DNA of 45,221 nucleotides. Origin: Perkinsus chesapeaki ATCC PRA-425 (lineage: Eukaryota > Protista > Perkinsozoa). How positions within the stretch are numbered: the first letter of the stretch is position 1; the number at the start of each line of letters is the position of its first letter. The notes below the pieces were generated by a model. It saw only the letters and a program-made list of their open reading frames with translations, ran no database searches and was not told where the DNA came from. The translations under genes were made by a program, and so were the position numbers. Below are positions 22,716-35,290 of the stretch, piece after piece. Location: contig JAAPAO010000264.1 of the NCBI GenBank assembly GCA_013115145.1, positions 1 through 45,221 on the forward strand. The letters are read 5' to 3'.

Positions 22716-24092
22716 CTAGCGAGTAGTCAGCTCATATATGAGACCGGCAAGACACAAAGGGAAGAAGGCAAGACTGCCTATGAACAATACCAACGCTCCA
22801 TACCATTCGAAAGACTGGTTCCTTAGCTTTTCGACGAAACCGACTTTATAGTTGACGGTCTCATCGGTAATCTGACTCTTATCTGTCGTGTCCCGTTTGC
22901 GAATGTTATTTAGACTGGAAGGGGAAGTACTACAAATGTAGAGGTATACAAAGCAAGGTATAAAAAATTCAAGAAAGTTGGTACCGACTATACCGATAAC
23001 TTGAATTGTCACACCAAGGTCTTCAAATATAACAGCCAATACTGTACAGATGATTAGAAATGCTACGGTAGTTCCGATATGTAGCTTAAGCGTATCTTGA
23101 AGGGTGGGCAGGTAATAGGTTATCACGCTTGAGATCGACTGCCTCGCTGGGAATAATAACAAAGGGAATGCAGTCAATACAGCAAACGGTAATGCTATAT
23201 AACCAATATGGATAGCTATGTTCGATACTGGTAAGTTGAGATAAAAGTTAGACTCAATGCTATCACCAAAAGCATAATACGGTGCCACCATAACTGATAA
23301 ATAAATCACCACTACGAAAGCTACGGCAAGTATAGCAGCGGTGTCTAACCTCTTTACACTGCGGTTCACCATATCTTGGCAAACGAGGGGCATTGCGAAA
23401 TGACAGGAGTAGCCGAATATGAATATCGGGAATACTGAGAGGATGGACCACACTGTAGTGCTTGGTGGTATACCAACATAACGTTCACCAACTTGCTCAT
23501 CCACGCTGAAGCAATATACTACACCAGCAATAATTGCATACATGAAGCAGCTGAGGCCAATAGCATTGCTTACCGCGGTGTGAGTTATATGTTTCATGAA
23601 ACAGACGGGAAGAAGCAGAACAACGATGAAGCCAATGAGGCCAACTCTAATCCAAAATCGATGCTCCGCGGTTGAACCGGGTGACCAATTCTCAAGGAGG
23701 GCCAAACCAAGGCTGGAGAATACTTGTAGATATGCAGTATCAATACCCGCATTATGGATAAACATCAAAGTGTCAATGAATAAAGGCATCCTTGGATATC
23801 CAGCAGCCACTGCCATAGTACTGTAGCTTAGCCTTTTACCGGGCATCTCCATAGCACATCTGCTTATCAGATGTAAAGAGAAGTAGGATAATACAGCAAA
23901 CACGAACAGAAGGATTATACCGAGGGTCCAACCACAGACGGCTTGAGCATCGGCGTAGCTTAACATACCAGCACCGATGATACAGTTCGTTAAGCATGCC
24001 CAAGCGGTGAAGACATTCCCCTTGGGAACCTCTGGTATGGAGTTGAAGTCAGCCAAACGATTATTTCTGGTTGTTGGCATATTTGACGGCAA
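22716..24092 (-). CDS. Intronless amino-acid transporter (Aa_trans / AAAP, SLC38/AVT-like)
   Basis: 458-aa ORF with about 11 hydrophobic segments; NCIIGAGMLSY, FPIFIFGYSCH and YLSVMVAPYYAFGD motifs. Confidence 0.92.
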   Translation of the reverse strand: MPSNMPTTRNNRLADFNSIPEVPKGNVFTAWACLTNCIIGAGMLSYADAQAVCGWTLGIILLFVFAVLSYFSLHLISRCAMEMPGKRLSYSTMAVAAGYPRMPLFIDTLMFIHNAGIDTAYLQVFSSLGLALLENWSPGSTAEHRFWIRVGLIGFIVVLLLPVCFMKHITHTAVSNAIGLSCFMYAIIAGVVYCFSVDEQVGERYVGIPPSTTVWSILSVFPIFIFGYSCHFAMPLVCQDMVNRSVKRLDTAAILAVAFVVVIYLSVMVAPYYAFGDSIESNFYLNLPVSNIAIHIGYIALPFAVLTAFPLLLFPARQSISSVITYYLPTLQDTLKLHIGTTVAFLIICTVLAVIFEDLGVTIQVIGIVGTNFLEFFIPCFVYLYICSTSPSSLNNIRKRDTTDKSQITDETVNYKVGFVEKLRNQSFEWYGALVLFIGSLAFFPLCLAGLIYELTTR

Positions 24093-25289
24093 GTTAGACT
24101 ATCGAACTTGTTGTACACCGGATCCGTGGGATCGTTGATGAAAGTGCACGCGTGCGCGCGTCGGCGTGCATTATAGCTAAGTCAACGGTTAAGACCCCAC
24201 CTCAGTATCATTCAATAGTTCTAAGGACTAACTGTTAGACAAAGCTAATCTTGTAATCATTGCTGTATGCTGCGACTATGCGAGGATTGCCTGGCTGGTA
24301 GATCCCCCAGATCAGACTCTTTCCGAGCAGTTCGTACGCTGGCAGTACCACTTGCGAACAGAGTGCGGTGTTGATGCTCAATCAATCCTGAGTGACCATT
24401 GTATGCGATTTTGTTCTTTCCCACGGTAATCCTCACATCTCTGGCTTCCCGATAGTGGACAACATGAACTGGATAGCAAATTAGATGACAGGTAGAGTGT
24501 TATTGCAAGTGTGAGGGGATACCCCATATCCCATCTTTTAGAGTGTATTGCCGCTAGTCCGGGTAATCTTGCGCAGTGACCGCATGCTGCTTATCGGATG
24601 TTGATTGGTTGATGAACGGGCTGCTGCATAGCGCCGTTGGTGTCGAGAGATAGATGTCCCCACTATCCACAAATGCGGTGGGCAACTCGAGTAGAAGTGA
24701 TTCGGTTTGAAAGTTGGTAAGAACGCGAATAAGTCCAGTGATGACAGACCTCATACAAGACAGCTTATACTATTACGACAATCATCACCGACTTCAACAG
24801 GGAAATGACAAGCGGAAGCCGATACAAAGAAAAAGGGTACGATACAAAGAAAAAAGCTATTGTATCCTTCTATTGTACGATAGACTATCGTCGATAGTAT
24901 TATTGTCATAGTAGGGCTGCAGGAGCCCAGCTGCTGGCCAGCGTGGCAAGGAACTTCAGCATGGCTTGGACTTACAGTTATCAGTCGGCCACTTAGATCA
25001 ACCGCAAAGAGTCATTCATCGAGCTCTTTTTACTTCACACTAAAAAGACTTTACACTTTACACTAGGAAGCTCAGTATTAGTAATACTGTACGGAAAGAT
25101 GCTTATTATTCACTAATTAATCATTGAATAAAGCAATTCTGACACTTTGCGTAGGCTTCGCCGAACAACACATCCATCTCACAAGAATAGTGGTGCTCTT
25201 AGTAAACTCCGATTAGCTCACATTTTCGGTTCTCGTGGACTACGTAAACACAAAATCCTCATTAGGATACCGTACTGGTTCTTGATTCA

Positions 25290-27064
25290 TGACCCAAGCT
25301 CAATTTGCTCGCTCACATTTCTCGACCCAGGCATGATGTTTTGGCAGACATGAACATACACATAATCATCATCCTTGTCCGTCCGGTATTGCTTTATCTG
25401 CAAAGCTACTTCTACGGCGATGTGGGGAAAGTCCTTCCGTACGTCCGTGGCGTACACCAGCTTCCCAACGGTCCATGCTTCCCTAGCCTCGATTCTGTTA
25501 AGGGCTCGGGTCAGCATTCTTCGACTTGATGAGATACAAATGAAAATAGCCTCCGATGACAACACACGGCACACCTGAGTCAGAGGAGGAGGATGTATGA
25601 TTGTTCGGAAACAATAAGTCAGAGGGAGTTGGTGTCTTCCTCAAAAAGTCTTGTGGTGTCAATAGGGTCTAGTTTACTCGACGGAATATGAACAATATCG
25701 ACATGTGGACATTCAGAAGTCAATAGTATACAATCCGATAATCACGGCTTCACCTCAAGAAGCATTTGTTCAGCACTCTCGTTGGTAAGCCCATCAAAGC
25801 ATGCTTTATCGACGACCAACTGCTGTGTTTGTGCGGGCACGATTGACCGCATATCGGTGACGTCTCCTTCAATATATTCACCGATAGTATCCATCGTTTG
25901 CCAATATCGTATAGCACGACCTGAGATGACTCCCCGGGAACAGTCCGTACTGCCACCGCAGCTTACCAGAAAAATCGAGGTTAGTTACGCGCTTGGCATT
26001 GGGAAATAGCTGAGCCAGCTCCTCTCCGAGTTTGGAAAGTCCACAACCGAGATGGAGAATTCTGCGAATCTCCGGATGTTCCAGCGAGGCGAGGCTACGC
26101 TGTAATGAGAAAATTGGAACAACAGTTTACCCCTATTTCACACCTCCTTTACACCCTTTACTTGGTTGGAGTCAGGTATTACTTAGATACAACACACTTT
26201 GTACGTGTGCATAATTAATTGAATATATGCGATGAATGAATTTACCAATTGCACGATAATTTGGTGATGAAAATTGTTAAACTCTATGTTGCTGATTTAC
26301 TGAAACGCAGCTTGCGTGGTAAGAGCTTTGCATCAAGGATGCAATACTAACAAGAATCATAAAGTGGTTCGAGACCTCAACCCATTGGTGGTTCCCTGAA
26401 ACTAACTTGAGTCGACCCATAGAGTTCTCCACAACATTTGCATGTTACCGAAAGCATCACTTCCTACAGGGTTATGCTCACCTTGATAAGATAGCCGCTC
26501 AAAGAACCACTGCCATACCATTCATCATCGTCTTTGGTTCCTCCAAGCTCGCTGGTGTCTGGAATACCAACTGAACCGTTCAACTTGAATGTTTAACAGT
26601 AGGGGATGGTAATCGCAGTTTGTCGTGGTAAATCAACAAGCTGTAGGTGTACACTATATTGCAGTGTAGCAATAACAAATATGAAATGTACCAGACATAT
26701 TCTGGCCGACAAGTTCTGTACATCCACACAGCACGTAGAAGTAATTCAAGCCTTTGCGCATATTGGATGCCGTAAATGGCATTCCCTCACCAAACAGGAA
26801 CTCCGATGCAGAAGAGCCTTTGACTGATTCAGAGTGAGAATTTCTTACTAATACATCCAAGACGTTGGAACATCGGGTTAGAAACTCACGCTGCAAGCGC
26901 TCATCGTATCTTTTGTCCCAGTATGGCTTCTCGGTGTAGCTCCGCCACGGCTTTCTCAATGGATAACGAATATGAACAGGCTTAGTCGCGAGCGGCTCTC
27001 CCGGGACGTACTGCGTAACTAACAAGCCAATTTGACTCTTGGTGATAAGAGACAATCTGCCCAC
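25290..27064 (-). CDS. Multi-exon class I SAM-dependent methyltransferase, EEF1AKMT4/METTL13-N-like
   Basis: SYTEKPYWDKRYDE (family N-terminal YW..RY) and YIEGDVTDM..LVVDKACFDGL..AEQMLLEV (D-V-x-D-M and DKG-like motifs). Motif I exon not cleanly resolved. Confidence 0.7.
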
Positions 27065-27309
27065 GTCTTCGGGAGAGAGTGCAAGCGCGACAATATAATA
27101 TGCAACAATAGTTACTGTATGATCACCAAGAACTGATACACATGCTCGCCGCGATATCTTCTATTTTGTTGCAGCAGTCTCCAGAAGTGCACTCTAATAA
27201 AAGGAAAAGTTTTTGACGCTCAACGCTCAGGTTCCAATAGCCCGTTCACAGAAGGCACTGTCGAATCAACCGAGATATGCCGAAGAACTGATAGCGTGAT
27301 CGATATTTA

Positions 27310-27651
27310 TTCTATTAGATGGAATGGACACAACTTTCCCCAAGATCCTTCCGCAAGTTGACAAGAGATGAATTAGATGCTTTGAATGTTCCCGGACTTG
27401 TCCTCATTGGTGAACATTCATTTACCTCTGGAGTTCACGAAACGCTCCATTTCACAGTCTTCAATCTCAACATCGTGCGTGTTTTCTTGCTCGACTTTTT
27501 CAACTGTCATGTGGAAGTGTTCACTGCTTGCGAAATGCTCTCTTTTGAACTTATCTTGGCCAATATATAGTGTAGGTGTCTCACAGTGTCTCACAAGCAT
27601 TGACAATACTCTATAATCAGTGTTCGCGCAATATGCCAACGGTTTTTTCAA
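27310..27651 (-). CDS. Small hypothetical protein, possibly two exons
   Basis: Open frame ..IGQDKFKREHFASSEHFHMTVEKVEQENTHDVEIEDCEMERFVNSR followed by a GT donor; no family recognised. Confidence 0.25.
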
Positions 27652-27907
27652 AGCGTTGTATAGAACTTAACGCGCTCATAAATCAGTAAACGCCTCATGT
27701 TTACCAACTAAACTAGGTTCAGGTTCAACACAATACCATTAGTAATGATTCATTATTTAAAGTGATTCAAGGACGTTTTGAGTAACTTTCTTTACTCTTT
27801 CTCATTAATAGCATCGACTATCATTAAGTTACTCATCTCTTCATTTCGTTATGTTGTTATTGACATTTTCAACACCACCCTCTAACAATCAGAAAAGCTC
27901 TTTATTT

Positions 27908-29365
27908 TCACATGCCACCGAGACGAATCAGCGCACTAGAAGGTCTGCTCGTCGGTGTTGCCTTGAGCCTAGCAAAACACGACCTGTAAACTTGAGAGTA
28001 AGATAGGCACCAAGGCGACTGGTCACCAATGGCCTCCACTTCGTGCCACCAATACGCGGGGAGGAACCTGACGCTAATCAATAATATTGATTCAACATTT
28101 ACTCGGATTGATATTCTAATCTTATCACTAGTATGCTCTGCGAGCATTCTTATTTTTATGTCACGTTTTGACAACTTCTATTCAGTGGCCGCACAAATGT
28201 TTTGAGTGGCCAAAAATTGAGTTTGAATTTCACACTTGCCTTCTTGAACGTCGGAATAATATTTGTAAAAACTCGAATTCACCTTGTACTTGAAAAACTT
28301 GCAAGCCATACGCTGGACTGCATCCACGTGGTCGTCAACTTCACGACTTGCTGCGGAGAAAAACCGCGAAAGTTGCATTCGCATTTTCGCATTTTTCGAA
28401 TAGCGTATTTCGCATCAGAGTTTACATATTTTTAAGACTACGGATGTCAACGAATGCTCCAAAACAAAACTCACAGCGCATCTCCAGGAGCGAGCTCAAC
28501 GACAGCATGGCCATCAGTTCGAGTCTCCGTTCGACTATAGTTCCACACAATTTCTTTTGTAACTGTCGCTCGAGTGAACGTCGGCGGCGGTGAGAAAAGC
28601 TTGGTCTCATCACATTCATAATAAGCTTTTAATAGAGGAGCGCTACCCTCAGGAACGAGCGATTCAAACTCCGACGGCTCGAGGAGCGAGAACCTTTTTT
28701 TGCCGACAAGTTGGAAAAATAGTGTGTCGACGGCGTCATAGTGCAATCGGCTGACAGTAGAGCTCGGACCCAACCAGATGTTCGACCCTAGCAAATCGCC
28801 GAGCTGCTTGTCGAGCTCCTCGAGGTCGAGTTTATCAGCTACATAGTCGGCCAGGAATCCCCATGTCATCGAACCATTCGCCGCACCGTCGGCATAAAGG
28901 CAATCGATGTGATCGAGGAACCGTTCCAACGGGAGCGACAGCCGCCTGCCCGAAACGGCGAGCAAGGAAAGATTCTTGAGCTCCACCTAGGAAGACGGTA
29001 TGACCCAATAACAGGGTTTCGTACTGAGTGGATTCCGTCCGGTTGATCATGCCAGTCTGACAATGGTTCTATCCACTTGTCAATTTTATTGGATTGCAAC
29101 GGTGCCACGGAGACTTCTCTATCACCTATCAAATGGTAATGTTGTTGATATGGGGGGAAGAACCCAACCAGTGTAAATCGATCAAAGAATAACAATCTAC
29201 TTCCCATTGCATACTTCCTCCGAGCTCAAGGATTCTTTTTAGGTCAACTTCAGGTCCACCGAAGCCTTCGAGCACAACAGGTGTGTTCGTCTTTGCGAGA
29301 TTCGCTAACTGTAATGCCGTTATTTGCCGACCATTAACTCGTGTCACTGTCGTATCGCCCAACAT
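27908..29365 (-). CDS. JmjC / cupin-like 2OG-Fe(II) oxygenase (JMJD5/7/8, TYW5-like group), multi-exon
   Basis: TPVVLEGFG (N-terminal), NIWLGPSSTVSRLHYDAVDTLFFQLVGKKRF (HxD) and VELAPGDAL/FLPAYWWHEV (distal His), joined in frame across an intron of about 400 nt. Confidence 0.88.
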
Positions 29366-29432
29366 TTCAAAAGACACGCGAATTCCGAGATTATAAATCG
29401 ATCACCTGGGCGAGCGCTTTTTACATTACTCT

Positions 29433-29955
29433 ATGAACGCAAGTACGTCCTGTGATGTCCGTTTCTTTACACTTTTTTGTCAGGTCAGATACCTTTCGTT
29501 TCATTGGAACACCTTCTACTACCCCTCTAATCGCGTTGGTGATGTCAGAATACCAAAATACCGTCGGTGACTTCCTGTCAAGTCGCACATTGGCGAAGGT
29601 AAGAAGATACCGATGTCGTGATCGGTTCCAGTGTCTGGTAGCTGCCCGACAGCGTGGACGTACTTGCTGATCAAAGTACAGCGAGCGACTGCTCGGCCGA
29701 TTCAGTGTAAGTTCGCAGAGCTTTGGTGTGGGCACATTAATCTTTGGCAGGCCAAGCGACGATTTGGAGAGACTTTTCGACGAACAGCGTGAAGCCCTGG
29801 TTTTGTGCCTGCGAAACACACTTCTGGAGAATCGCACCGTGGCCGAGTTGAACGCCAGTCGAGCATACAGAGCTTGCGAGGTGTGCTCCCCCGTGCTCCA
29901 TGACATTGTGACTTCACTGCTCAGGTGCTTGTCAATCGAACTTTTCGAGAAGTGA
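29433..29955 (+). CDS. Small multi-exon hypothetical protein divergent from the JmjC gene
   Basis: ATG at 29433, short GT-AG introns (e.g. 29599-29631) and terminal exon DDLERLFDEQREALVLCLRNTLLENR..FEK-stop. Confidence 0.35.
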
Positions 29956-31239
29956 CAGATGCAAGGAAAATCGGACCGAATATGATAACAAACCGAGCAA
30001 TGAAGCGCCGCGGAGAATCCTAGGTATGTCCTTGCATTATCTGCTGATGTATATTCTCATCTGTCAGGCCCATGCTCATCCGTTATCGGTTTCATATCTT
30101 CTTTCACTTCTGCATCGATGCCCAAGTGACACCATATTCGTCAAGTTTACGTTCTCGTCTTTTGCTTTCGACTGGGATTCTTCATCGTCATCAGCTCGGT
30201 ACTGCTCAGAGCGTCCACCTCCACCACCAAGCGCCGTGAAGTCTCTCGAATTTCACGGTGTAAAGGTCGCATAAGTTTGCATTCGTCGTTCTCTTCAATA
30301 TTGTTGTTGTGATCAAATCGAGGATTCTTTCGGGCTCTTGGCCTTCAATCTTTCCTAACATTGGGGAACCTTTCACAGTCGTTATCGGGCTCAACAAGTG
30401 TCGTTTACCATCGTCAGCATTTTTTGAGTTGCTTTTCGATATCAGCGACATGCCCGTGTGATGGTATATTTGTTGTACATTCGTGATGACGATGATTATT
30501 ATTATATGCAGTTTAAGTGTTAACTGCATGATAAGGTGTCATCGGAATCGTTCTGAGTTTCGATGATCTCTACGGTGCCATTTGCACTTTGGGGTTTAAT
30601 CTGAGTATATTAGTTAGGAATTGGCCTTCATTGCCCATCTTGGATAGATGCCAGGGTTTATACATTCCACTAAGTATTGTGTTATATAACGGCAAAGATG
30701 AATACGAAATGAACGAAAGATGAAACCAACAGCTCGCCGCCCTTGTAGGGAATACATAACGCAATTTTAGGAGTGCTTGAAGGAGGCGCTTGTTGGTCCC
30801 ACACATGCACGGAACTCTTTACGAGCTGGTGATGGGTACACATCGAGCAATAAGAATAATACACAACTTAATGGATAACACTTCACCATCTTAACTAGAA
30901 TAACGAGGAAACTCTCGGACGCGAACTGGAAGTGTTAAGGATATTTAATGGGAAGTCAGAAGGATGAGAAAACGAAATATAAGTTAAGACTGCGCGAGTG
31001 AGTTCCCTGGGAGTAGGATCTTTCGAGGTAAACCATACAGTGGCAATAACCGTGTAGATATTAACCCGTCTCGGTGTGAGTTGGACAAAGAATGGATAGT
31101 CTAAGCCATTTTCGGCGTTGGACTATAAGCGGAACATATCAACGTCGATGACGTAAAAGAATCTTGGCCTTTAGCCTTTCTATCAAGTTAAGCAACTTCA
31201 AACACAACACAACATTCTGCGCAATGCTATGGATGACAC

Positions 31240-34200
31240 TCACACAACTACAAGAAGCGGTATGCTATCCCCTGAAGCTGCCGCAATGTTATAGGGGTAA
31301 AACATATATGATAGAGAGAGAGGCTCCCAATCTGGTGAGCATTCAGTGTTGGTGAAGTTCTTACACCAATGCAGTTGAAGCTGGTCATCTTTAGCACCAT
31401 CGTGTAACCAGTACTTGATAATAATGTCGATGATGTAGCCAGAGTAGGCGGATATATCCGGCCAAGATGGCGCGGAGTGATGTGGGGAGGTGGTGAGGAA
31501 AGCGTTGAGCATGTCGATAGTTATGGTAGCCTCGTACACTCCCGCCAAAGAATCGATCAGTGTGAAAAACCCCGTCGAGCTTGAGGGAAAATCGGTGATG
31601 CTGCGCGGTTCCAGTAGACTGGCCCCGAGCGGACCCACTTCAACTCGGACGCCGGTCTCATTAGCATTGGCGAGGATAGCCCTGATGCCCACCTCTGTCT
31701 TTGGGCCCAATGGCAGCTCGAGGGATCCTATCATTCTGACACTTCTAGCTATCGTAGCAGGGGTTTCATCCTCTAAAGCAGCATTGAGACGCAGAGTGAG
31801 GAACTCCTCGGTATTGGTGTAGGCAATAACCGTATAGGGTATAGGAGGGAAGGCTTTGTGTCGAACAAGTGACCAACGGTGGACTAGGGAAGTGAAATCG
31901 GAGTTTCGGAAATACCTGACAATCCGATGGTGAAAGCTAATAGCCTAGCATTGCTTCCTACTGTACAAGAACGCCCCCACGTTGTCGAAGCCATACTGCA
32001 AGGGAATAGGTTCCAGTACGAGTCAACCGTGGAGTGAACAAGAACTCACCACTGGCGTGGACGCCAGTTGTCGAAAGCCCGGTCGAGCTGGCCAAGCTCG
32101 AGGAGGATCTGAAATGACGGTAGCTCTTCAATTCCGGCATAGGCGGAGCAATCCCACCTGACTGAGGTATTGCCGGTACTGTTGAGGCCTACTATAAGAT
32201 ACTCCGCTTCAATCATCGCTTTCATATGTAGTCTTGCACCATATACGGTTCTTATTTCCCTTCCAACAAGGATTTCTCGATTAATAGGATTACCAAAGGA
32301 ATCCTTCACGATGCATGTCCAGTTATACTGGGTGCCTGCCGCCCAGGTTGGGGCGATCCCGCCAGAGGTGGAAGAGCATGCAGTGGAAGTTCTGTCGGCC
32401 GCTGATGGCAAAATCGGCAAAGGGGCAATGCCGGTAGCATCAACAGGATCGCCGTTGATACCGATCTCTAGCTGGGCGCTCACTGAGGCGGTTGTGCAAC
32501 CGATACGAATAAGATATTGAGAGTGGTTGGATACGATCTTGTCATTCGAAATCGAACAAGATGGGCCCTCTTGAAGCTGCAAGTAGGCTTCTATGCTCTC
32601 AACCTCATCGACGTCTTCATGGTGATTCCCGTATGCGTCAAATATGTCGATGAGTACAAAGTTGTTGAATTTCCCAGCGACCACAACCGGCTGCAGCGCT
32701 TCTGTTGGCCAGTAGGCTCGGCACCTGCTAGCAGCCATGAAAGCACACACAGCTTGCCAGGTGTCACTTTGCTGGACTAATAGTTCCCGGAATCAACGGC
32801 AGCGGGAACGGGCCATGTCGCGTGATGGTAGAGTAACCGGCAAGTGTGTTACCATCAACCTTACAAAGGTAGGTAAGGAAGTCGCAGAGGTGATCGTACA
32901 TTCAAGGTAGGATACGTATGGTGCATCGAAGAGATCTCTTCGCCCATCACTGTAACACTGATTACTGTCGATAGGCTAGCCCTCCCCAGCGGTGTTACGG
33001 AGCATCGTACCTATACGCCTCGCATCAAACCACAAGGCATACTGTATGCTACTCTTGGGAGAAATTGATAAATGCATGTCCCAGTCAAGGGCTCTGCTAC
33101 TCCTACAGAAGGATCGAAGATTCTCACAGCCACAACTGTGCCGAGTATGTCTGAGCTTGGATGGGCTGTGCCCAGCAGTTGAGATATCGCCAGACTCGCG
33201 TCGAGGTCGTTATGGTATGCATCTCGCAGCAACTGCAAATGATTCGTACTCATCGGCAGAAAACGGGTCTTACGATCTCAAACGCGATAGTTTCACCGAC
33301 CCGGCTGGCCCTCGTAGGAAGTGAAAGAATGAGGGAACTTCCAGTTGGCTGTGGTGGAATATACGCATTCGTGTTGTTTTGTATCTCGACCAGGACTGAC
33401 TTCACCATAAACAGCTGTGGAGTTGTCTGAAGTAAGCGATGGATTCCAGTTTTGGCAAGTTGATGAGAGGTAGAATGCTACTAGTGGGACTTGACTACAA
33501 GCTACTGTGACCGCTACTACAGTAGCATCTTTAATTTCCAGGGCTTAGTGTTACAAAATGCAGAGTACATTGGCAGAGGCCTTAAGACGTTCTCCAAAGA
33601 CCATTCTGCACACAGGCTGCCGACGATAGTATCGATTAGATACTCCTTATTAACTGCCCTTTAGCTTTCCGATACACCTACAGCTGCGCCATCTCTATCT
33701 AAACACTAACTGTTACAGTAGTAAGCCGCAGTCTATATCTGCGAAACCGATGACTAGCGGTTCCGACTCATGCCGCTCACACTGGATCCAGCAGGCACCC
33801 AATAGATCCTCGCATCTACGTTACACCGATCGAGTATCCGTGTTCGACTAGAGTATCAGTCAAGTTCCTGAGGAGCTCCTGATCTGCACTTTGCGGTGAT
33901 GCGAACCAAGGAGGGCTGTGTATCATGGGCAACTTGTGGCGCTGGTGTGGATTTTCTGATGAACTGTAGACTACATTCATGAGGTATATCCCTGCTCTGT
34001 AGGGCACGAAGCTCACCTGACCAGACATATGTAAATTGTTCTGTCGAACCATAAAGTACCTCATAAACTTGATGCAAAACATAACGGTTTCCTTGCCAGT
34101 CAACAGAAGACTCTTCCACTGGGGAGTCTCCGGTGGGCACCACAGTCGCGCGAAAGTGCGTACCGTACTCTTCGTCAAGCTCGGTTGAATCTTCCATACT

Positions 34201-35290
34201 GAAGGCCGTGTCATCGTCGTTCTCGACGTCCCTTGCATTAATCAGAGGATCGAGGCCCGTAGTGTTGTAAGAACCCTGTAGCCTTTCATGCGTCGCCAAC
34301 AGATGTCCGTGTTACCTTCACGCGCATCAGCTCGAACGAAACCGCTACAGTGGGACTGATCGTCGTCGATTCGTGGCCTATGTGTGGAGAGGAGTCCACC
34401 CGCATGAGGGACAGGTAGAAGGTATATTCAGTAGCGACACGAAGAGCCTATGGAAATTACGGTTCAGCAGGTCGAATTAATCCGTCATCGGTGACGTTAT
34501 TAGCGTTGATACCAAGTCAGTGTGTCATTAGTTTCAAACATTTGCTCTCTTCGTGCACGTATTTGCGTCACTCTCCGACTCCGCTTTAGTAGCCTTATCA
34601 TTGTGCACTAATTATCATTTACGATGACTGCAACTATTTATGACAGATATGGCCCATGGATCAACACAGGATTGATGCCATGGCGAGTTCCTACACTACT
34701 GAGCGCACTACGTAGTTCTGACCGTTTGAGCCATTCGATTCGAATGACTTAGCCGATGCTCCCTCGATGATTACTAAGTGGATTTGCTTGAGAGAATGGT
34801 GGAGTTTCAGACTTTCATAATAACATATATACTATCGAGTTTTTCATTATACCTTGGCACTCTTCGAACCTCAGAGAACGATGGATAAATCGCTGATCTC
34901 GAACTCGAGTGATATTACTGGAGGAAGATAGGTATCATTGTGTGCGTGAATTATATAATAGTAAGGCTCTTTATGGTACGCCTGGTTTACCTCGTCTACA
35001 ATACAGGTATCTGGAAAATGGTTTCTAGCTTCAATCTCTGCGTGTTTTACCTCGGAGATCTGATGACGTTATATAGCGCAAGGTTAAGAGGACGATGAGC
35101 TGGCATGTGTAACGCAAATTCATGAGAGAACTGTATCGGTGAACTACGTTCTTAAAATAATTCGAGCAACACTGGACGCCGCCAACCTTTACAGCTTATC
35201 GGTATTACAGTAACGATTGGCAAATATAAACGAAAATAAGAGCAACACACAACTTCAGAGATAAAAGAATCCACCGGATGGCTGTTGTTC
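31240..35290 (-). CDS. Large multi-exon filamin/Ig-repeat protein with PA14-like segment, probably secreted or surface-located
   Basis: Repeated filamin-type motifs (LINARD, VSFVPYRAGIYLMNVVY, LRDAYHN, IFDAYGN, VKDSFGNP, FTPRLTRTGTYSLAV), PA14-like YIIDIIIKYW..LQLHW, and a hydrophobic leader near 35280. The exon chain is only partly resolved. Confidence 0.65.

Noticed and set aside
24821-24855. GATACAAAGAAAAA direct repeat, two copies
   Set aside because: Short local duplication in undeciphered DNA with no further structure.
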